Assembly: GCA_000934665.2 (NCBI GenBank)
Contig: KZ538886.1
Location: 1-42,521, forward strand
Direction of reading: 5' to 3'
From: Catajapyx aquilonaris
Lineage: Eukaryota
DNA length: 42,521 nt
Below the pieces are notes generated by a model. The model was not told the DNA's origin, searched no databases, and saw nothing but the letters and a program-made list of their open reading frames with translations. Positions 12,563-24,033 of this stretch are shown here, in pieces. The stretch's first letter is position 1. Every line of letters starts with the position of its first letter. The translations under genes were made by a program, and so were the position numbers.

Positions 12563-15500
12563 ACGGTACGTTTACTCACATTTTCCAAAATAAAATCTGT
12601 AACTTAAATCGATTCTCCGTTAGTTAATAAGCATCTGCACTGCTTCTTCAAAACATATGCCGACAGAAAAACAAACTTTTCTGGGTCTTTTGCAGTCGTA
12701 AAATGTTTCCAGGCGGTGCGGTGGTGCAACCGGCTCCTAGTGTGAGGAAAATATCAGTAGGCCTATATAGAATCACAAAGGACTACAGCTCAGCCTTTTC
12801 TCGAAAGTGTATAGCCGCCATGTTCGGCCCGTTCATCATTTTATTTAATTGCTCTGTTCTACAACGTGCCTGTGACGTAAAGATGACATGGAAATAGTCA
12901 TACATCACGTCCATATAGTTCATCATACTTCATACAAAATAAACCATGAAAGCAGCCTACATATGACTCCATCCAAACTACAAACCGGCCACATTTTTGA
13001 AATATCACCTCAGCCAGAATATTCCTCCTGCATCAAGACCGCTCGCAATTCCAGCAAATAGACACTTGGGATGTCCAGCAGCAGACACTTGCATTTTTTT
13101 TGTACCTCCCACTACCGTATGAAGCGCGGCAGGCACTTTCAGTCCGTGGGTGGCATTGCATTAAACCCTGTGGCCACGCTATGCAGTCGTCCATGGAATG
13201 CTTGGGACCTGGAATTATGAATTCCCTAATGCCAGCGGTGACCTCTATTTTCCCCGCATATTCCCTCCCCCCCCCCTCCAACACACAACCGGAGTCGTCC
13301 CTCCCAGCAACATAGCCGACAGCACTCCAATACTACCCAACTCGGTTTCATAGGAAAATTGCACGCGGTGAAAGGCTGTCCCGGGGTTAACCGAGGTGTT
13401 TCATTCTGCCTCATAACATGGACCGCGAGGTTCACGCCGACCTGACTCTCTCTCTGGATGCTGTGCCTCCTTGCTTCCTTTCCAGGGTAAAACGCCCGGA
13501 TTCGGACCGCAAAAAATTGTTCAACTTACTCCATGCAATGTGTTGGAAAGCACCTAAAAGCACTCGGTAATTATATCAAATTAAAATTAAATTAAAATAT
13601 AAATGTCGCAAAAGAGGCATGTGGACAATATCCGGCCGATAGATGGTGGTGAAAACAGTAGGCTACTTCCCTCCCACCTACCGGGACGCCACCGAAAACT
13701 AGCTCCATGACCAATCAAAATCCAACTCTTTCCATTTATTTAACGAGCTGGCCCCCCCTTTTCTATGCCCCCCCAAAAAAAAACGGGGACAAAACACAAA
13801 CACATGTTGAGATTTCCGTTTTCCCGTCGGCCACATCCCTCGCAGGCTTCGGCCGTGGCGTCAAAAAGCGGCGGGGTCGCCCTGAGAGACAGGGGGCCAG
13901 GGTGCAAAAAGGCTTTAGTGTGGGTGGGACCGACTGAATAGAAGGTAGCCATAACAGGAGACAAAGCGCCCGAGCGAACTGCCACCAAAAAGCTCAACAC
14001 ATTGGAGGTCCCCCCCCAGGTCCTCCCACTGCCACCTCCCTTCAACCCCGGGGGTAGGTTCAAAGGCGATAGCTCTGCACGACATTGGACGGTGCCAGGG
14101 GTAATGTCATTTGCTTCTATCAACGCGGTTAACATTGAGAGAGTTGCTTTTGTTGGCGCGGGTGGGTGACGACGGCCCCCCTCCCCTGCCTTCCCAGCCA
14201 CCCCCCCCCCCCCNCCCCCTTTTAAAACGCGGTGCTCTACATGCGTGAAGAGAGTAATGTTCAGTAATGGGATCTGGAAGCTGGCTTTCCATTCCCGGGG
14301 ACAACCCGCCTGTCCGGTAAACGGTTTAATTCTGCATAGGTGAAAGAGTATATTGGGAGAGAGGAGCTGCTGCTGCTGTTCAATTTTGTTATGCGAATTA
14401 CGACAGATGGCGACCCGGGGAGGAAGGACTAATAATGCGAGGTATCCGGAGAGAGGGTACGCTCTAAAAACCCCCCTGGTGTCTGTGACAGGCAGGAGAA
14501 CAAAACCTTAATAGGATACCGTGCATCCATCACAAAGGGTTGATCATGGCAAGTACAAAAGGTTGTTTTGCTCCGGACTCTTTCTCCAGCTGTTAGCCTC
14601 TCTTTTTTTACAGTCGGATGGTAGCGGGGGGTTGGAGGAGGCAAGGAAGGGAATGGACCAGGGCTATAAACGCCTACCCATCTCGACAGCCTTTGCTATA
14701 GTTAACTGTTTTCGACAGCCTTGCTTCCGACGGAGGGGGTTCATCAAAGTGAGCGGTTCGGTAGTTATAGGCTGCGTCCGGTTGTATCGAGACGAAATTA
14801 TGTTATACAGCCCCAGATTGCACCGAAGTGTGTTGGGTAGCTACCGCTGTGATATCCTTCAAAGTCCGAGTGGTGAAAACAGACAAGATGGCGAGCCAAA
14901 CGATGGAGACGATTGTATGTTGATCAGTAGCATACATTTCTGGTATCATCTCAGCGCAATACACTCCCGATAACACCCGGTTATTAACAAAGAAGCAAGT
15001 GTCGAGCATGCGACTTCATCATACATTCCCATCACTTGGCACAAACCTGGAAACTTTTGGCCCCGTCCCGGTAAACTACCCATAAATAAAAGCCACCTGG
15101 TCGTAAAATGACAAGAGAGAACTCTCTCTTACTCCCGTATTCAATAAAGCGTAACCCATAGATCTTTATGGATCCGGCAAGAAAAACCTAGGGAAAAAGA
15201 CCGTAAAGGCAAAAGGATCCGTCGCCTTTCAATTTCAAACCTTCTTTTCCTCCTCCTATCGACCAAAGATTGCTCAGGTTGTCCACCGAGACTGCCTTTT
15301 ATGGACTCGAGCCTGGTACTGTCTGAGAAGGAAGAAAAAAAATCCGGAAGGAAGGGAAAAACCCCCCTCGAACTTCTTTTTCTCCAATTCCAGAACGTGA
15401 ATGATCGGATCCAACCGCGTTATTTTTTTTCTGCTTGCCTCATGTAAAAAGCCAGCTTTTATAACGCTTATCTAAGCGGTTTAACCTCAAAAAACCCACA

Positions 15501-15942
15501 GCCTCTCTGTAATGAACATTTTTTTCTCTCCCTCCCTCCCCACATCCTCAAAATGGATCCAACCATCTGGAAGACGCAATTGCGTTGACCACACGCGCTC
15601 TCGTCCTGAAGAAAAGAAACATCCGGACCCGCTTTTTTCTCCCTCCCCGGATTGTTGACCACACTGGCACAAAAGACTAGGGAGCTTCCGTCACACTTCC
15701 TGGAAATTTCCGGAACAAAATGGCCACTCCTGTGGTTTATTGTGGGTGAGGCTCCCGGTGACAAAACTCGGCGCCCGGAGTATCCGGAGTAACGCCCGGA
15801 ATATGGGAATATGCCTACCAAGTGTTTATATATTTTTTAAACAAAAATAAGCAACAATATTGCTCCACGGTTTATCCTGTAAGGTGCGCAACCCTCCAGC
15901 TTCTGCATCACTGCACATTGCCTGCTATCCAGGCGCCCCGAT

Positions 15943-15982
15943 TACCCTGAAAATACCCTGAAACCCTGATACCCTGAAAATA
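15943..15982. repeat. Short tandem repeat, 4 x ACCCTGA (unit ~TACCCTGAAAA)
   Basis: TACCCTGAAAA TACCCTGAA ACCCTGA TACCCTGAAAA TA. Confidence 0.85.
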
Positions 15983-16120
15983 TACAGATCGCACTCTTTC
16001 TGTCTCAAAAATCAAGAGTGGAAGGTCCCTGTAAGGCCCGACATGAATACAACCCAGTCGATTTTCTCGGGGAACCCATGTCGGATGAAAGCCATCATTT
16101 AGATCAGGGCGATACAAAAA

Positions 16121-16152
16121 GGGCTTGGGTTTGGGGGGGTGGGTGGGGAGGG
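16121..16152 (+). other. Potential G-quadruplex-forming sequence
   Basis: GGG CTT GGG TTT GGGGGGG T GGG T GGGG A GGG: six G3+ tracts with 1-3 nt loops. Confidence 0.7.
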
Positions 16153-16851
16153 TTATATTGATCGATGTGTCACCTGCTCAAACGTCAACCCGACCGAGTG
16201 TGCCTTCCGCTTCCTTTCGTGTGTCGTGGGCGGCAAAGGTAAAGAGACAGTACCCGAACAGAACCCTAAAAGTGTTAATCCGTTTGTATTACATGCGGTG
16301 CAACATATGGAGGTGAATGACCCACTGCCATTGTTGCATTGTTTCATACCCATTGAAAAGGATAGGGTATCGGACCAGATTGGGGGGGACGGGCCACCCC
16401 CGGAATTAAATTAAACGGATAAATTCGGGCACGGAAATGCAGTTGCAGTGCATTTCCGACACAATCAAAATTCTGCCCTCAATACCCCCCACCCCCTCTA
16501 ATTCCAAGTCGCCATGTGATTACTCCGTACCTATTGTTTCGATGTTTACAGGAAGCGGGAACCACACTTTGCATCATTTTACATTCATACATTCCGATTG
16601 AAGTGGTTCGGGTCAGCGGTTTGTTTTTGGCCCCGTTGCTGTACTTTCAAAGAAAATATTAGCTTATAATATCAGGTTGTATGAACCCATCCTTTTTATT
16701 GAATGTTGTCGCTGGTGAAGGCCTTGAAAATGCCAGATTTTTCTGCATTCACTAGATTGTAAGCAAGGTCATATCTATTAGGATGGGTGTGTTTCACTTG
16801 TATGCCGACTGTACAGTACTAGCTGCTCAAATTAGGCTGAATTCTCTAATA

Positions 16852-16898
16852 ACGTGCCTTTACGTGCCTTTACGAGTGCCTTTACGTGCCTTTACGAG
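16852..16898. repeat. Minisatellite (ACGTGCCTTT)x4, equivalently a 22-bp unit duplicated
   Basis: ACGTGCCTTT ACGTGCCTTT ACGAGTGCCTTT ACGTGCCTTT ACGAG. Confidence 0.92.
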
Positions 16899-19120
16899 AT
16901 ATTCATCGATATATTCATAGATTTTTCCTTACAATCTGCATCTGTGCAAGTATGCCTTTGAATGTAACTCCATCTTTTCTCGTGTACAATGTACACACAA
17001 AAATCGATAAGTCATCCTATCTATACCCCCCACTCCCTCTTCAGAGCTTATTAATATAATCGATCCTGCTACCAATCTTTTGGCTTCACCTGAAAAGGGA
17101 TTTAGTGTGTGGCCTGGGGGACCAGGGTGCGTTACCCCAGCCGTGTAACCAAGACAACAAGCATCCTGTTGCTCCGGCCACGATCGAGAAAAAAAAAGGT
17201 AGAAAAATACCGCCGCATATCAGAAATGCCAACCGCTGCGAACTTCTGTGCCCTTACTTTCAATCCGAAATACAAATCACAGTGCGATACCCGAACCGTT
17301 TTTCTTGGCTCGTCCTTCTTTTTTTCAGCACTTCTCAGCATGACTTTTTGGTCCCGGAAATTTCGGAAGGAAAACCCGGGAGCCAACCCACTGCCGCCGC
17401 CAAAAAAAAAATTTCCATTCGAGAAGAGAAAGAGGGGGGTAGAGAATGCAATTTCTTCAGGGTTCCTTAGACAAGCGAGGGGCGTTCATTATTTTTCCTA
17501 TTCCCGGAAAGAAGGGCTGAGAGCCAACCTCCTTATTCAATAGTCGTTTTGTCGTCTGTTTTCCAGGAGTCAGAAAAAAAATGATGGGATTCCTTTAGAT
17601 TCACTCGCATATGCAATAATAAAAAAAATGCTGGGGTGCGTTTCATTGTAATTGACCTGTGATTTCATGCCACCCATGAAGAGAATCAAGTGTGCAATCT
17701 TCTACTCCCCAGGATGTCCTGCTGTAGACATAAATAGTCTAAAACATGTGCGTGCAATATCTCACGTAATATGTGCATACAGAACATACGCAGCAAAAAT
17801 TTGAAACAGAAATTATTCCAGAATATTTCTGACAGCAAAATCGCAAAATTTCACCCCCTTCCCTGCATTGCAAATTTTTTTTTCGGGCAAACCATTTTTG
17901 CAAAAGTCGGATCCCATCCTGCTCTTCCAGCTCGCTCCAGCAATAATCTTTGCAGAATAAGCGCCGAGAGGTCTCCGGGCTTGAAAGCTACGGAGCAGAA
18001 ACATTGTAACACGTCGACTTCCACTCGATGAAGCTCTTAGTCAAACTTTGTTGCTAAAACTGAAATGAGACAGAGGAGGCGGGGGGGTGGCCTGAAGGAA
18101 GGGTGGTTGTTGGATATGGGATTGCTTCGTAGTTTGTCCCCCCCCCCTACCCCCCCTTCCATCCCTGCCACCCCAGCCGCCAAAAGTTACTCTGGGAGGT
18201 GGCAGGTTGAAAATTTTGAGGAACCGCTTTTGCTCTTGTCACTCATGTCTAACTTGAAAATCCCTGAATTAGCAGAAATACGCTGCGTACCAGAGTTAAA
18301 GGGGCGCAGTTTATCTCAGGGAGTACCAAGTTTTCTTGTTTAGATTGAGGCTGGAGAAGAAGGGTGGGAAAAAAATACACAAGTTGGGAAGAAAGCAGGA
18401 AGAGGAGTAAAAACAGAACTTTTCGAGTCGCAAAGTACGCCACGAGGCGTGACCTTCCAAAAAGTTCCTCCAAAAAAACCATCCTCTAGACCGCTCTTTT
18501 TCTTCTCCAGAGTCGATGGCTGGAACGCTGGAAGCTGCCTTAAAAAAATAAATCACTTGATCTACTGGGAGCATCATGATTTCCTTTTTTTTGCATCATA
18601 AAACCTCGGGGAAAAATACACCCCACTCAACCCGTCCTCTTTTATACCGCTGCTCTAACGACTCAACTAATCCACTTTTTTTTTCAGGGAGGAACCGGGT
18701 GTATATATTCTATGTAACATGCAGCTATCACGTGCGAACCTTGAGACATCGAACGGCTGAAATCTGCGGGTTTAAAAAAAATTTCAAGCGTCGCTAAAGT
18801 CGTCCGAAGCTGTCGTTTGAGGAAGGTTGGAAGCCCTTGCACCGGAGCCTAGAGTAATCAGCAATCAACTCCAATTTGATAGCCACTCTGAAGTGTCGTA
18901 GTGTTGCATTAAAACGGCGGGAAACTGTCCCTGGAGTTGATGAAACTCGCATCTTGCTGGGGAGGAAAAGCGTTCAACAGGAAAAAGCGGCGAAGAGTGA
19001 TTTTTCTAACGGCTCGGAAAAAATTTCCGTCGATAAAATTGGTTCGAGACTTTGCTTCTTTGGCCACCATGAGCTTCTGTTGCTATTCCTTGCCATTCAT
19101 TGTTATTAAGCTCTCCAGAC

Positions 19121-19275
19121 CATAAAAGGCCGCATAAAAGTATGCTGCATAAAAAGTATTCACTAAATGCACCGAACCCATAAAAGTATTCACTAAGCTG
19201 CATCATTTTACATAATTCAGCCTGCCACACAAAAACAATGCATTGTGTGCATAACATTATGCAGATTTGTGAATA
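19121..19275. repeat. Degenerate direct plus inverted repeat block (possible foldback/MITE remnant)
   Basis: CATAAAA occurs four times and CATAAAA(A)GTATTCACTAA twice (19148, 19179). TATTCACTAAGCTGCAT (19187-19203) has an inverted copy at 19259-19275 (15/17). A central palindrome ACAATGCATTGT lies at 19235-19246. Confidence 0.65.
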
Positions 19276-19872
19276 ATGCTACGTACTGGATGCATAAAAT
19301 AAAATGTCATGCACAATTATATGCATTTTAAATTTTCAACTATGTTACCTGTGTATGAGGCGTTACTTAGCACAATTTCAGCGTCGTGTTTCCTCCCATC
19401 ATAGTGTACACTGTATTCCCAGACCTATTACACCGCTCCAAAATTTGGCTGATGACAACGGGCGCCAAATTTGCCACGTCATTACTCGTGTGATGCACCC
19501 CGTTGTTCCCTTTCCTACATCAGCACTCACTGGATGATTATTATTGCTCCTCTTTTCAGGGCCGGGGTCATATTTCCTAAAAGCGAGAGATGGAAGGGGG
19601 GGAGGCGGAGACCCTCCAAACTCTCCCCCTTTTCCGAATACATCTATATGATGATAAAAAAAATAGAACGGCACGCGTCAAGAATGGCGTGGGAATTCAC
19701 AGCAGTACGTCTTTTCCGGCATCCCCGTTGACGTGGAGAGAGAGATGGAAACGTTACATTGTCAGACTCAGGAACCCAGCAAACCATGCAAAGTTTCTCT
19801 CCCCGATGGTAAATGGATTCAGCTTCAACTCTTCACTCCCCCTCTGAAGTCCTCCCCCCCCCCCCTTTTTTT

Positions 19873-19976
19873 NNNNNNNNNNNNNNNNNNNNNNNNNNNN
19901 NNNNNNNNNNNNNNNNNNNNNNNNNNNNNNNNNNNNNNNNNNNNNNNNNNNNNNNNNNNNNNNNNNNNNNNNNNNN
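19873..19976. other. Assembly gap (104 N)
   Basis: N run flanked by C12T7 on the left and G24 on the right. Confidence 0.98.
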
Positions 19977-20002
19977 GGGGGGGGGGGGGGGGGGGGGGGG
20001 AA

Positions 20003-20428
20003 GCTGACCGATCAGAACCTGCCGGATATTGGTTCGGTGACGCTTCCGACAGCGGGCGCTCACTCAGGACCGGTCCAGACTATGTCCGGATTTTTGGCCA
20101 AATCCGGCTTAAACTTATACGGGGAAAAGCTAGGGTCTAATCGAAAAAACTTGGACGCTGACTAAGAACGAACCGGATATTAGTTCTGTGACGCCTCCGA
20201 CAGCGGGCGCTGCGTGGGCAGGTACAGGAAACGTCCGGAATTTTGACCCTACGTCTCTACTAAAATAGGACGAGAATCTTTACCTTAACCAACATTGATG
20301 CAATCCGTCCTTAATCAAAATCTTGTAACTAAACGGGGCGCTAACCAGGGCCGGATATTAGTTCGGTGACGCCTCCGACAGGGGTCGCTCGCTCTGGGGA
20401 GGGGCCGGTCCAACACATGTCCGGATTG
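20003..20428 (+). repeat. Three direct copies of a conserved 39-bp core (20022-20060, 20173-20211, 20351-20389) with shared flanking motifs and unrelated spacers
   Basis: CCGGATATTGGTTCGGTGACGCTTCCGACAGCGGGCGCT / CCGGATATTAGTTCTGTGACGCCTCCGACAGCGGGCGCT / CCGGATATTAGTTCGGTGACGCCTCCGACAGGGGTCGCT. Each is preceded by GCTRAC and followed 21-29 nt later by GTCCGGA. Periods are 151 and 178 bp. Confidence 0.93.
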
Positions 20429-20741
20429 AACCATCCTTCCCATATCTCTATCGTCACACAATTGGACACGTAGCGACCAGCCAAGAGGGGAAGGGAAACA
20501 GAATGAAGCGTAGAAATGCGGCGTCACGAATCTGTGCATCCGGGCAAGAATGGCGGATTTTGCAAGTGAAGTAGGGCCCTCCCCCCCCCCCCCATGCCAT
20601 TTTGCAGTCGGGTGAGGAGTAATTATCATTGCAAAACTTACCCCCCACCCCCTCAGTTACTAGCAATAGGACATGCTCTAATTAGTATAATTTGGGCGAG
20701 TGGAAGGTCCCCCGGATGTTGGAGGAAGAGCGATAGGGGAT

Positions 20742-20772
20742 GACGACGACGACGGCGCCGACGACGACGCCG
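20742..20772. repeat. Imperfect (GAC)n trinucleotide repeat
   Basis: GACGACGACGACGGCGCCGACGACGACGCCG. Confidence 0.85.
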
Positions 20773-23700
20773 GGCTTGAATGAAACCGCAGCTTGGCAAG
20801 TTGGCACGGAGACTAAGCCCCTTGCCATAGTCCTCCCTCTTTCCCTCGATATCCCCTCGGCATGGAAATCCTACTGTCATTTTGCCCAGTTGACTGCATT
20901 ATCCACTCCGTAGCATTAGGCCTTACTGCCGCCTCCCGCTGCTCTGTAGTCTTCATTTTGCGAGTTTAGGAGGGTGGAAGCCCCATGAATCGACAAAGTT
21001 CCCTGTCCCCTGATGGATGTCGCCAATGCGTCACACTCGTTGTCATATCCGCAGGCTCAAGTCCCCCAAAAACTGTGGACCATTCTCGCCCTGAAAACCC
21101 GGCTGTTCCGCACCATAATGGCCCGTCCCCATTTTCAAAGAACCTTTATACATACCGAGGGGGGGTTTGCCACCCACCAAAAAAAAAGAGAGGTGTGGAC
21201 CATTGTGGGAGGTACCGGTTCATCATGCGACGCGCCAATTTTCCAACATTCCAGCCCGGAATTGCGAAAACCTGTGGTGCTGTACGTAGCATTCCTCTTT
21301 GCGCAATTAGAACCAGAAAGTGTTTGTCCTATTAATATAGGCACAGTTTTTTTTTTATTTTGAGAGAGGCCAAAAAGAGGGACTCTTTGGCGCTCTTCCC
21401 ACCGACATTTCCACAAGAGGAAACAATAACTGTCCTCATAATTCATTATCAGTAGTCAAAATGTGCCCCGGACCCGCTACCGTCAATGATTAATTAGCCG
21501 ATGCCGCCTATCGATCCCCAGTATTTGCTATCGGAGTAAAAAGAGCCCGATTTGTATCCGGATCCCCCACAGCTTTTGCCAAACGGGAAACTTGGATTAC
21601 AAGAGTCTCGAATTCCGGATATAAAATGCGCCCGCAGGACCTCCGCATCTATGGTGGTTTTGATATAAAAAAAAGCTATGACCCACTTTAAGACCAATAT
21701 CAGCTTATACCAGGATGTGTTAATTAACTAGCACATTTTTTAGCTTTTGGGTTGTATCAATTCCATGAAATATTTCACTGAGATCTGCCGGGGAATTTTT
21801 AAAAAGGTCAGTTTACTCAACTGAATATGTTCAAAACCACTCAAATCGAGCAGAAAACCACACAAAAAATATGAGAGCCCCAAGCTTACACCAAGCTTTT
21901 TGAAGCCTCTGCCGCAATCCAGCCACATAATTCCGCATCCTTCATAGCCTACCCGACTGGTTGCAAAAACCAGCATAAATCTCTCCATATAGCATTATCC
22001 TCATGGGCAGCATCGATGTCACGTGGAGTTACTTAGCTGCCAACCGCCCATCCATCCCTATACTCCCTTCTTCAAAAGAAGAAGAAGAAAAAAAAACGTT
22101 CTCCATGTCTGTCCAGCCTGGAAGAAGAAGGATTCAAAGCCTGGAGGCGTCAAGCCCTCTCTTTTCCTACAGGCGGAAGCAGGAAGAGATTCAAGGCGAA
22201 GAGGCTTCCAAACAGATTTTTTTTTTCTGCCATCTTCAGAGTCCAAAAGAGGGAGCTCCCAGAGGCAATGGAGAAGGCAACGTCCTCATATCCAACCAAA
22301 AAGCAAAAAAAAATGTGCGCAAAATATATTTATTAACAAATAAAAAGACATTACCAGACAAAATTGTGATATGATCAAACAGCTCCTGAAAATAGCAACA
22401 ATAACCGATACTAATCGCTGCTACTTTTGAATACCAATGGCCGGATATATCCAGATTTTAGAGTGAAGCGGAGTGTACTTATGTACACCAGTGAACACTA
22501 TTTCAGGCCTTAATTGACGGGCCTTTTTGCGCTTCGATTAGTAATGCGGAATTAAATTATAAATGGATAAATCAATTGCTTTATAATTTTGGTAGGCCCT
22601 GCAGGGCTGGTGCGCAATAACCTAATTACAAAATGCCCCCATACATTTTAAACGATACGTTCCAATTATTTGAGAGAGAAAAATTAGCTGTACCCCCCCC
22701 CCCCCCAAAAAAAAACCCTCTGAAACTTGTGTGGTCTTTTCAACGCCAAAATTATTTTAAAGCCACAATAGTTGGCATTTGACTTACCAAAAAATGCACG
22801 TGTGTGTTCCCCACGATTATAAGTTATATGCCCAAGCACCGGGTGTGGGAAAACGCTCCGAATCAAAATTAACTCGGATCATACATCTTGCAAGCATGCA
22901 CGCACGATAACCATCGGTTATAACCTGTTTCCAACTACAACCGCCCCAGGATTCAATTCCTTAAATGAAAATTTACCTGCAAGTAGACTGATGGTGACTA
23001 ATACAACTTTTTTGTGTGTGCATATGCTGCCATCTCAAATCGGCTTACACGGCACCTTTTAAGGCCCGGATCTAAACCGAAAAGTGATTCACGTCTCTGG
23101 AGGGGAAAATAGGTAGTACTGTACAATGCAATGGACACTCATTTTTATGCGAATTGTCGCTAAAATGCGGTCCGACCGAATTACAGAACGATAAACACCA
23201 AATGATCAACCCCATAAACTCATACTAACAATTAACCGAATTGCTCATAACTTTTCCCCCGGAGTTTGGATCCATGAGATGTTCTCTTCCCCGTTTTTTT
23301 TTAACGCTCCCTGACCGGATTTTGAGCGTGAAACATGAGGCAATAGAATTACCCTGGGTGGGAAATCGAACTTTGATTGATGGTGAACGTGCCAATCGAG
23401 TTACCCCTCTTTTTTCTACGCGACCGGCATTTGCGGAAAAAAAAGTGTCCCGGAAAAGGTGCGCAAACACTGTCGCAAAGTTCGGATATTAACTAAATCC
23501 TCTCGGGCCCGGATTTAGACATGAACACAAGTTTCCGGAAAGGGGGGAGGGGTGGAGCAGGTTATAAATTCCAGCTGACCAACCTGCTCAATGCTATCGG
23601 TGTTTACACTCACACGGACCGCCGCATTTCCCTTAGACATCATATTCCCCGAAGCTATCTGCATACCTATCGGATATTGGATTACCGGGCTCGCTTCTGG

Positions 23701-24033
23701 GAAGCAAACGCAAATCGACTTTTCTTTTAAAAAAATTTGTATTTAATTGGCAAGTTCCGAACTTGCACATTATCTCCTGGCAAACCCCAAATAATTTCCA
23801 GTCGGCTTCCTCTCTCCAAGCCAAGGCCCCCCCCTCTTCCACAATACCCGAGCTATTAGTACGATTCACTAATCCCGCCTTCCAAGGCTGCTGTTATTTC
23901 CTTCGACAGATAGAAAATCCCCCCTCGACATCAGGGCCAAATCCTACCTAAATCCCGTCCTCGGGTTCGCCCTCTTCATCTTCCCCCTCGCCCATTGCTC
24001 TCATCATTCTGTAATCAAAATGTGGAAAAAAAA

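Noticed and set aside
19441..19472. Hairpin AAATTTGGC-N14-GCCAAATTT overlapping CTGATGA (hammerhead, C-box or SECIS look-alike)
   Set aside because: It lacks the GAAA core, three-way junction and other required partner motifs. A single 9-bp stem is expected by chance.
20022..20389. CRISPR array interpretation of the three 39-bp repeats
   Set aside because: Intervals of 112 and 139 bp are too long and unequal, similarity extends beyond the core, no cas genes are present, and the context is eukaryotic.
20021..20428. tRNA, HDV-like or hammerhead ribozyme interpretation of the trio
   Set aside because: There is no cloverleaf, and GTTCG is near the 5' end rather than in a T-arm position. No consistent P1/P2 pseudoknot pairing exists, and the CTGAGTGA word on the minus strand occurs in one copy only.
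21075..21205. Direct repeat TGTGGACCATT x2 (similarly TCGACAGCCTT x2 at ~14683 and ~14712)
   Set aside because: Isolated 11-mers with no further structure, explained by chance or micro-duplication.
5780..22995. Other minus-strand AG|GT juxtapositions (5785 TAG|GTGTGT, 17089 CAG|GTGAAG, 22976 CAG|GTAAAT)
   Set aside because: Each has a weak donor or a poor tract/branch point and is not distinguishable from background by eye.
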